Positions 24,217 to 31,497 of a stretch of DNA of 32,000 nucleotides are shown piece after piece; positions within the stretch are counted from its first letter, which is position 1; each line of letters starts with the position of its first letter. The position numbers were made by a program, and so were the translations under genes. Source of the DNA: a virus; the IMG/VR virus record IMGVR_UViG_3300050821_012719, positions 60,936 to 92,935 of that record; one strand, given 5' to 3'. The notes under the pieces were generated by a model. That model had not been told where the DNA came from. It saw only the letters and a program-made list of their open reading frames with translations, and did no database searches.

Positions 24217-24794
24217 GTCACTCCTTGTCTCTCGTACCTCTTCCACCGGAGGTCAACGGTCTGGAGCCGAGTGTCGGGAGCGACACCCGTGTCTTGATCG
24301 AAGTCGAACAGTAGGACCAGGAACTCTCGGACATCAGCGTTCACCCGAATCATCCTGTCGATCTCGAACTCTGAGGGCAGAATCGGGGAGCCAGTCAACT
24401 GCTCTTGCTGGTACCGGAGCTCGGACTCTCGTGTGTACAGGTCATCTCGGAGGTCCTCTTCGTCCATGAAGAAGCCCATCCAGCCGCGATCGTAGGGGTC
24501 CACGTAGTCACTCCCCAACCACCGGCAGTACTCGCCGGGATTCGCGAAGCCGAGCAACAGCTCTAGGTCTCGCTGGTTGATGAACGAGTGGACCCCCTTC
24601 TGATCTACCACTCGAGCGCGGATACCTCCGAGCGCTCGCCCCCAGATGGGGGAGTAAAGTCCATCGATGGTCCACTCACGTCTGGTCTCGTGAGGGTCCC
24701 CCACCCTCACGCCGACCAAGCCGAATGTCTCGCCGAGAAGCCTACCCCCGATAACCCCCAAGCGCCCACGTTCCAGTGACGGGTGCACGATCAT
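24201..24794 (-). CDS. hypothetical protein (197 aa)
   Basis: ATG 24794 with AGGAG upstream (long spacer). Normal composition (…GVHSFINQRDLELLLGFANPGEYCRWLGSDYVDPYDRGWMGFFMDEEDL…). No domain recognised. Confidence 0.6.
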   Translation of the reverse strand: MIVHPSLERGRLGVIGGRLLGETFGLVGVRVGDPHETRREWTIDGLYSPIWGRALGGIRARVVDQKGVHSFINQRDLELLLGFANPGEYCRWLGSDYVDPYDRGWMGFFMDEEDLRDDLYTRESELRYQQEQLTGSPILPSEFEIDRMIRVNADVREFLVLLFDFDQDTGVAPDTRLQTVDLRWKRYERQGVTWHQL

Positions 24795-24869
24795 GTCGCA
24801 ATCGTTCTCCTAGCCAGGTCATGAAGCCCCGAATGATTCCTATGAGCACCGCCGAGAGAAAAAACTCGA

Positions 24870-24998
24870 TCATTCGCTGTCCTCGTCCTTCTTCTCGTCT
24901 TCTTCCTCGTCGGTTTGACCGCGATACATCCGGTCAACGTGCCGCTCGAACTCGCGTCCGCTGTTCTCGTCTTCGTCCTTGGTCTTCGGTCCAGGCAT
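24870..24998 (-). CDS. unlisted 42-aa highly acidic micro-ORF, first ORF of the leftward cassette
   Basis: Hand translation gives MPGPKTKDEDENSGREFERHVDRMYRGQTDEEEDEKKDEDSE*. GAGGAA lies 4 nt upstream of the ATG. Third codon positions are almost all G/C, like the confirmed genes. It is below the size cut-off of the supplied track. Confidence 0.4.
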   Translation of the reverse strand: MPGPKTKDEDENSGREFERHVDRMYRGQTDEEEDEKKDEDSE

Positions 24999-25028
24999 GT
25001 TTTCCTCTGATGCGGGACGTGTGCGTCT

Positions 25029-25060
25029 GCTCCAGTACTCTTTTCCCCGTCTTTAGGTAG
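25029..25060 (-). promoter_or_regulatory. conserved leftward element, copy B, inside the 94-bp divergent region 24999..25092
   Basis: Minus strand 5'-CTACCTAAAGACGGGGAAAAGAGTACTGGAGC-3'. It ends 30 nt before ATG 24998. The same region precedes the rightward RNAP gene. Confidence 0.45.
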
Positions 25061-25092
25061 GCTTTGCTAAGCTCTGCTGCTGAGATCTACCG

Positions 25093-28000
25093 ATGGCCTA
25101 CCTCGACCCGACCGATGCCTACCATCACCTCCGGGACCGGACGCTGGAGGGTCTCCACTACCTGTTCGAGTCGCCCATCAAGGGCAAGGCACGGTCCCTC
25201 TCGTTGACCAAGCTCGAGGTGGAAGATCCTCTGCGGGTGGACGACATCCGAGGACAGCAGCGCGCCAAGATGAACGGCGAGACCTGGGGAGCTCAGGTCT
25301 TCGGCACCCTCGAGATGAAGGACAACCTGACGGGCGCCGTCGTCGACACGAAGCGCATCCGCCTGACGGACATCCCCAAGACCACTCGACGTTACAGCTA
25401 CATCGTCAGCGGTCAGGAGTACCAGGTCGACAACCAGTGGCAGCTCAAGCCTGGCGTCTACGTTCGTCGCAAGGCGAACGGAGATCTCGAGGCCCGCTTC
25501 AACGTGACTGGTCGTGTCGGGCAGCTCAACGCCATCTTCGACCCCGCCAGCAAGCTGTTCAAGGTCGAGTACCGCAAGTCCAAGGGCTCTCCTCTCTACC
25601 CCTTCTTGAAGGCCATGGGAGTCGGAGACGACGAGCTCGAGAAGACCTGGGGCAAGGAGATCTTCGAAGCGAACAAGAACGCACCCCGCAGTGCCGGTGC
25701 CGTCGAGTCCTTCTACAAGACCAACACCGGTCAGGTCGCTCCCTCACATCAGGCGGCGGTTCAGCATCTGCACGAGATCTTCCTGGACGCCAAGATGCGC
25801 CCCGAGGTCAATGAGGTCACTCTCGGTAAGCCGGTCGAGCACATCAGCGGAGAGGCCCTGCATCTGGCCACCAAGAAGCTGCTCGATGTGCAGCGAGGCG
25901 CTCCCGAAGATGACCGAGACAACTTGGTCTTCAAGGACCTGCGGTCAGCCGGTGACTTCGCCTACGAGCGCCTGCGCGGGTCGAAGAGAACCATCATCCA
26001 GAAGCTCCAGCGGCAGCTCAACAGCACGAAGACGATGGGCGTTCGTGACGCTGTGCGCTTCGACTACTTCAACGAGCCGGTCAAGCAGCTCTTCACCAAG
26101 ACCTCTATCGCCAACCCGGCGACGCAGATCAACCCCCTTCAGATGGTCTCGACTGCTATGCAGACGACCATCATGGGGCCTGGTGGCATCAAGAGCGAGA
26201 GGAGCATCACCGAAGAGGCGAAGATGATCAATCCTTCGCATCTCGGATTCCTCGATCCCATCAACACGCCGGAGAGCGACAAGACCGGCGTGACGTTGCG
26301 TCTGCCGATGGGGATGAAGAAGAAGGGTACGGAGGCCACGATCGCGGCCTACAACCTGAAGACCGGCAAGTTCGACGACCTGTCTCCCAGCCTCTTTCTC
26401 AAGAGCAACGTGGTTCTTCCCGACCAGGTCGACTGGAAGTCTGGCAAGCCCGTACCCATCTCCGCGAAGGTGAAGATGGTGGCCGAACACAACCGCATCG
26501 AGGAACGGGGCTTCGGCGAGGCCGACTACGTTCTGCGTCACCCCAGTCAGCTCTTCAACGTCACGTCGAACCTCATCCCCTTCTTGCCCAACGACTCTGG
26601 TGGTCGCGCCGGCATGGCCAGCCGCCACATGGAGCAGGCTATCTCGCTGGTGCATCGCCAAGCACCGCTGGTCCAGGTGGCCGCCCCCACGGTTCCAGGT
26701 AGCGGCATCGACAGCTTCGAACAGCTCCTCGGCCACCAGACATCGCATCGAGCCCCGGCAGCCGGTACGGTCACCAAGATCAAGAAGGACGCCATCATCA
26801 TCGATGGCTCCGATGGCCAAGAGCACGAGGTGCAGATCTACCACAACTACCCGCTCAACGACGTCAAGAGCGTGATGCACTCTTCTCCACTCGTGAGGGT
26901 GGGTGACAAGGTCCATCGAGGCCAGGTCATCGCTGACACGAACTACTCGAAGGACGGCACGCTCGCTCTCGGTACGAACCTCCGTGTCGCCTACGTTCCC
27001 TTCAAGGGGTACAACTTCGAGGACGGCATCGTCATCAGCGACGAGGCAGCGAGGAAGCTCTCGAGCGTCCATCTGCACAAGCCATTGCTGAAGATCGAGG
27101 CCAACACCATCCTCGACCCCAGGAAGTTCTCGGTCCTCCATCCCGGGGTCTTCAAGTCCGACCAGTACGACAAGCTGGACGAGAACGGGGTCGTGCGCAT
27201 CGGTCAGAAGGTCAAGCCAGGTGATCCGCTCGTGGTCGCGATGCGTCCCTTCGAGCTCAAGGACCGCTCCGGTCTGACCGCGATGCGCAAGGCGCTCAAG
27301 GCACACCACAGCGACAACTCGGTCCGTTGGGACAGCGACTTCGAAGGCGAGGTCGTTGCTGTGCACAAGACGCCAGAGAAGGTCACCGTCCACGTCAAGA
27401 CGGTCGAGCCGATGCAGGTGGGCGACAAGCTCTCCGGCCGCCACGGCAACAAGGGCATCGTCACCAAGATCTTGTCGAACGACGAGATGCCCAGAAGCAA
27501 GACCGGCGGTCCCATCGATGTGCTGCTGAACCCGAGTGGTGTGCCAGGACGCATGAACGTGGGGCAGGTCCTCGAGACCGCTGCTGCGAAGATTGCTCAG
27601 AAGACAGGCAGGACGTATCTCGTCGACAACTTCGACCCCAAGATCACCGATGCGCTCACTCGAGTGAAGGACGAGCTCAAGAAGCACGGCATCTCTGACA
27701 CCGAGGAGCTCATCGACCCAGTGTCCCATCAGCCTCTCGGGCCGGCGCTCGTCGGACCGCAGTACATGCTGAAGCTTGTGCACCAGGTCGAGAAGAAGTT
27801 GTCGGTGCGCAGCGGCATGAGCTTGCCGGGTCTGCCCGATGCAGAGCCCTACGACACGAATCTCCAGCCTGGTGGTGGTGGGCACGCTGGAGGGCAGAGC
27901 CTGAGCCATCTGGCCCTCTACGCGATGCTGGCGCACGGCGCGAAGGCCAACGTGCGGGAGATGTCGACGTGGAAGGCTGAGGGCAGAGACCCCGAGCAGA

Positions 28001-31000
28001 ACGAGGCGAAGCGTTGGCCGTCGCAGCACATCGAGGTCTGGAAGGCCATTCAAGAGGGCACGCCTCTGCCTCCTCCGAAGACGACCTTCGCCTTCAAGAA
28101 GTTCACCGACATGCTCAAGGGGGCGGGCATCAACGTCGAGAAGCAGGGGCACCAGTTCGTGCTTGGTCCGCTCACAGACAAGCAGATCATCGACATGTCG
28201 AGTGGGGAACTCACTCAGGCGGATAAGTCGCCTGTGCGTGCCAAGACGGACAAGTCCGGCGAGTTCATCGTGATGCCTGGTGGTCTCTTCGACGAGAGGA
28301 TCACCGGTGGTCATGGTGGAACGAAGTGGGCGCATCTGCGTCTGGCCGAGCCAGTGCCGAACCCGGTCTTCGAAAGTGCCATCAAGAAGCTGACGGGTCT
28401 GAAGGAGCAGCAGTTCGACTCCATCATGACGGGAGACGTCGGAGTCGACCCAGGTACCGGCAAGATCGTGTCTTCGAAGTTGGGGGTCACAGGCGGCGCA
28501 GGCATCAAGGCGTTGCTCGACCGCATCGACGTGAAGCGTGACCTCGAGGCTGCGAAGAAAGAGCTCACGAAGACCCCTCTTTCGAAGGCGGACAAGGTCC
28601 TCAAGAGAGTGAAGTACCTCACTTCGCTCCAGCGTCTCGACCTGAAGCCGAGCGACGCGTACATCCTGCACAACATTCCGATCGTGCCTCCAGTCATCCG
28701 TCCGCTCACGATGATGGCGGATGGGGGTCTGAAGTACGAAGACATCAACGGGCTCTACAAGCAGTTCGAGACGATCAACAACCGCCTCAAGGACCCGGTC
28801 CTGTCCACCAACCTGACGGACCGCAAGAAGAAGGAGCTGCGCGATGCCTACTACGATGGCGTGAAGGCCATCATGGGTGTCGGGACGGTGAACAAGGACA
28901 AGAAGGAGAAGGGCCTGCTCGATCAGATTGCCGGCATCTCTCCCAAGGAAGGCTACTTCCAGAGCGTCCTGACCAACCGTCGTCAAGACCTCACGATGCG
29001 GTCGACGATCGTGCCCGAGCCCTCTCTCGGTCTCGACGAAGTCGGTCTGCCTCGTGATGCTGCGCTCACCCTCTTCCGCCCGTTCGTCATCCGCCAGCTC
29101 GTTCTTCAGGGTACGGCTCCTACGGCCATACAGGCCACCGCCGTCTTGTCGAAGGTGCACAAGGGGCAGGACGATCCCATGGTCTGGCGTGCGCTCGAGC
29201 ACGTGATGAACGAACGCCCCGTGCTGCTGAAGAGGGACCCGTCTCTGCACAAGTACTCGGTGCAAGCGTTCAAGCCCCGTGTCGTAATGGGCAACGCCAT
29301 CCAGATCCACCCGCTCGTGACCGGGGGATTCAACGCCGACTTCGACGGAGACACGATGGCCGTGTACGTGCCCATCAGCCATGAGGCCGTGCGCGAAGCC
29401 CAGAAGATGTTCCCCTCGAACAACGTCTTCAACGAGGCCTCAGGCCACGTGATGTACCAGCCCACCCTCGAGAGCGCCCTCGGCCTCTACAAGCTCTCGA
29501 TGGTGGGCAAGAAGACCAACGCCTCCTTCGCGACCGACCAAGAAGCCGTGGAAGCCCTGCATCAGGGCAAGGTCCATCACACCGACATCGTGAGCGTGGG
29601 AGGCAAGACCACTACGCCAGGACGTGTGCTGCTGGCCTCCGTCCTGCCTGATGACTTGCACAAGCAGGTCCTGCACGATCTGGACTTCCGAGTCGACAAG
29701 AACGGCCTCAAGTCCATTCTCACCCAGGTCGGCAAGAAGAACGCCGGTGCGTTTGGACGCATCGCTGACGACATCAAGAACCTCGGCTACGACGCCTCGT
29801 TCGGCGTCGTGAAGACGTCTCTCGCCAAGGGGGGCAACGTCGCCATCGGAACACACTCCCTCTCCCTCGATGACTTCACCACCGATCGCGGGACTCGTGA
29901 TGGGCTGCTTCGAACAGCACGCGAGAAGGTGAATGGCATCACCGCAAACCCTCGCCTGAGTCAGTCGGAGAAAGACCGCCAGTCGGTCAACGTCTGGGTC
30001 GATGCCTCCGACGAGATGATGAAGGAGCACCGTCGGAAGGCGGAGGATTCCCCGTCGAACCTCTACCTGATGGCTCGCGCTGGCGTGAAGCCGGACTGGA
30101 ACCAGTACAAGCAGATGGTGCTGGCCCCCATGATCTACAAGGACTCGTTCGACCGGGACATCCCGACAGCCGTCACCAAGAGCTACTCCGAAGGGCTCGA
30201 TCTTGGTGGATACTGGACGCAACTCTACGGCGCACGTCGAGGCGCCGTCATGAAGGTCCAAGAGGTTCAAGAGCCTGGCGCCCTCTCGAAGCTGCTCTTG
30301 AACACAACGATGAACATGCTCGTGGAGAAGCCCGACTGCGGAACCAAGAAGGGCGTGGCCCTGCTGGCTAGCGACCCGGATGTGCATGACAGACATCTGG
30401 CGCAGGCGTTCCACATCGGGCATCTGCATGTTCCTGAAGGCACGCTGCTGACGCCCGACATCGTCGGGCAGATCCGCTCGGCCGACAAGAACGCCAAGCT
30501 CCTGGTTCGCAGCCCACTCAAGTGTGAGGCGGAACACGGCCTCTGTCAGAAGTGCATCGGCCCATCTGTCGAAGGTCAGAACTACGAGCTCGGGACGAAC
30601 ATCGGCGTCATCTCCGCGCAGGCCGTCGGAGAGCGTGCGATGCAGCTCATGCTCAAGGGGTTCCACACCGGCGGTGTCCGTGAGGCTGGTGGCGGGTCGA
30701 AGATCGTGAACCAGTTCGACCGGTTCAAGCAGCTCACGACACTACCTACCAAGATCCCCAATGCAGCGACGGTGGCGATGACCAGTGGACGCATCGAGCG
30801 CATCGTGCCAACAGAGACCGGAGTGGACATCTGGATCAACGGCACCCGTCACTTCGTGGGAAGGGACCCGGCAGGTAACGCACTCCACATGCCGCTAACC
30901 GGTGCGAACCGAGATGCCCGTTCCATCCCCTTCTCGGCCTCAAAGATCGGAGACCACGTCGAAGCGGGTACGATGCTCAGCGACCCGAATCGCACGTCCG

Positions 31001-31488
31001 TCAACCCTCATGACCTGTACCGTGCGACGGGCAGCATCGACGAGGTCCAGAATCAGATCACCGGAGAGATGGACCGCATCTACAACTCCAGCGGACCGAC
31101 GGTGCGCAGGCGCATGCTCGAGACCCTCGTGAAGGCGATGAGCAACCTCACCAAGGTCGAAGACCCTGGAGACCACCAGTACATCATGCGCGGCGAGTTC
31201 CACCCGACGTCGGTGGTCAAGAAGCTCAACGAAACGGAGCTGAAGGGCAAGATGCCCATCCTCCACCGTCCGGTACTTCAAGGCGTGGACGTTCTTCCGC
31301 TATCCTTGCAAGAAGACTGGATGGCGAAGATGCAGCACGCCAAGCTCAAGGACACGCTCTACGAGGCCGCAGCGCAGGGTCTCGTCTCCAAGATCCACGG
31401 ACCACACCCCGTTCCCGGTGTCGCGTACGGCGCCGAGTTCGGGCTCCCTCCGCGAGAGGGCAAGAACGTCCAGCCCTTCCACTACTGA
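25093..31488 (+). CDS. single-chain multisubunit-type RNA polymerase: fused beta (about aa 1-1020) and beta-prime (about aa 1021-2131) modules
   Basis: Beta blocks: NPLQMVSTAMQTTIMGPGGIKSERS, HLGFLDPINTPESDKTGV, PFLPNDSGGRAGMASRHMEQA, LALGTNLRVAYVPFKGYNFEDGIVIS, GRHGNKG (27436..27456), LNPSGVPGRMNVGQVLE, YMLKLVHQVEKK. Beta-prime blocks: WAHLRLAEPVPNPVF, IVPPVIRPL, RRQDLTMRSTIVPEPSLGLDEVGLP, PVLLKRDPSLHKYSVQAFKP, NADFDGD (29332..29352), YGARRGAVMKVQEVQEPGALSKLL, and the Zn site DCGT...CEAEHGLCQKC. An in-frame TGA 12 nt upstream fixes the start. Confidence 0.93.
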   Translation: MAYLDPTDAYHHLRDRTLEGLHYLFESPIKGKARSLSLTKLEVEDPLRVDDIRGQQRAKMNGETWGAQVFGTLEMKDNLTGAVVDTKRIRLTDIPKTTRRYSYIVSGQEYQVDNQWQLKPGVYVRRKANGDLEARFNVTGRVGQLNAIFDPASKLFKVEYRKSKGSPLYPFLKAMGVGDDELEKTWGKEIFEANKNAPRSAGAVESFYKTNTGQVAPSHQAAVQHLHEIFLDAKMRPEVNEVTLGKPVEHISGEALHLATKKLLDVQRGAPEDDRDNLVFKDLRSAGDFAYERLRGSKRTIIQKLQRQLNSTKTMGVRDAVRFDYFNEPVKQLFTKTSIANPATQINPLQMVSTAMQTTIMGPGGIKSERSITEEAKMINPSHLGFLDPINTPESDKTGVTLRLPMGMKKKGTEATIAAYNLKTGKFDDLSPSLFLKSNVVLPDQVDWKSGKPVPISAKVKMVAEHNRIEERGFGEADYVLRHPSQLFNVTSNLIPFLPNDSGGRAGMASRHMEQAISLVHRQAPLVQVAAPTVPGSGIDSFEQLLGHQTSHRAPAAGTVTKIKKDAIIIDGSDGQEHEVQIYHNYPLNDVKSVMHSSPLVRVGDKVHRGQVIADTNYSKDGTLALGTNLRVAYVPFKGYNFEDGIVISDEAARKLSSVHLHKPLLKIEANTILDPRKFSVLHPGVFKSDQYDKLDENGVVRIGQKVKPGDPLVVAMRPFELKDRSGLTAMRKALKAHHSDNSVRWDSDFEGEVVAVHKTPEKVTVHVKTVEPMQVGDKLSGRHGNKGIVTKILSNDEMPRSKTGGPIDVLLNPSGVPGRMNVGQVLETAAAKIAQKTGRTYLVDNFDPKITDALTRVKDELKKHGISDTEELIDPVSHQPLGPALVGPQYMLKLVHQVEKKLSVRSGMSLPGLPDAEPYDTNLQPGGGGHAGGQSLSHLALYAMLAHGAKANVREMSTWKAEGRDPEQNEAKRWPSQHIEVWKAIQEGTPLPPPKTTFAFKKFTDMLKGAGINVEKQGHQFVLGPLTDKQIIDMSSGELTQADKSPVRAKTDKSGEFIVMPGGLFDERITGGHGGTKWAHLRLAEPVPNPVFESAIKKLTGLKEQQFDSIMTGDVGVDPGTGKIVSSKLGVTGGAGIKALLDRIDVKRDLEAAKKELTKTPLSKADKVLKRVKYLTSLQRLDLKPSDAYILHNIPIVPPVIRPLTMMADGGLKYEDINGLYKQFETINNRLKDPVLSTNLTDRKKKELRDAYYDGVKAIMGVGTVNKDKKEKGLLDQIAGISPKEGYFQSVLTNRRQDLTMRSTIVPEPSLGLDEVGLPRDAALTLFRPFVIRQLVLQGTAPTAIQATAVLSKVHKGQDDPMVWRALEHVMNERPVLLKRDPSLHKYSVQAFKPRVVMGNAIQIHPLVTGGFNADFDGDTMAVYVPISHEAVREAQKMFPSNNVFNEASGHVMYQPTLESALGLYKLSMVGKKTNASFATDQEAVEALHQGKVHHTDIVSVGGKTTTPGRVLLASVLPDDLHKQVLHDLDFRVDKNGLKSILTQVGKKNAGAFGRIADDIKNLGYDASFGVVKTSLAKGGNVAIGTHSLSLDDFTTDRGTRDGLLRTAREKVNGITANPRLSQSEKDRQSVNVWVDASDEMMKEHRRKAEDSPSNLYLMARAGVKPDWNQYKQMVLAPMIYKDSFDRDIPTAVTKSYSEGLDLGGYWTQLYGARRGAVMKVQEVQEPGALSKLLLNTTMNMLVEKPDCGTKKGVALLASDPDVHDRHLAQAFHIGHLHVPEGTLLTPDIVGQIRSADKNAKLLVRSPLKCEAEHGLCQKCIGPSVEGQNYELGTNIGVISAQAVGERAMQLMLKGFHTGGVREAGGGSKIVNQFDRFKQLTTLPTKIPNAATVAMTSGRIERIVPTETGVDIWINGTRHFVGRDPAGNALHMPLTGANRDARSIPFSASKIGDHVEAGTMLSDPNRTSVNPHDLYRATGSIDEVQNQITGEMDRIYNSSGPTVRRRMLETLVKAMSNLTKVEDPGDHQYIMRGEFHPTSVVKKLNETELKGKMPILHRPVLQGVDVLPLSLQEDWMAKMQHAKLKDTLYEAAAQGLVSKIHGPHPVPGVAYGAEFGLPPREGKNVQPFHY

Positions 31489-31497
31489 GGCAAAGCG

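Noticed and set aside
24742-24873. 43-aa hydrophobic ORF (MIEFFLSAVLIGIIRGFMTWLGERL…) coupled by ATGA to the acidic micro-ORF
   Set aside because: The ATGA coupling and a TM-like segment made it tempting. However, its codons have many A/T third positions (TTT, ATA, ATT, CTA, GGA, CGA), unlike every confirmed gene. It also overlaps the start and SD region of the 197-aa gene by 53 nt. I treat it as non-coding leader.
25945-29382. 1145-aa minus-strand ORF, plus the 408-aa ORF 29440..30666
   Set aside because: Both are antisense to the RNAP ORF, whose frame carries unmistakable beta and beta-prime motifs. They have the same antisense composition bias and no motifs.
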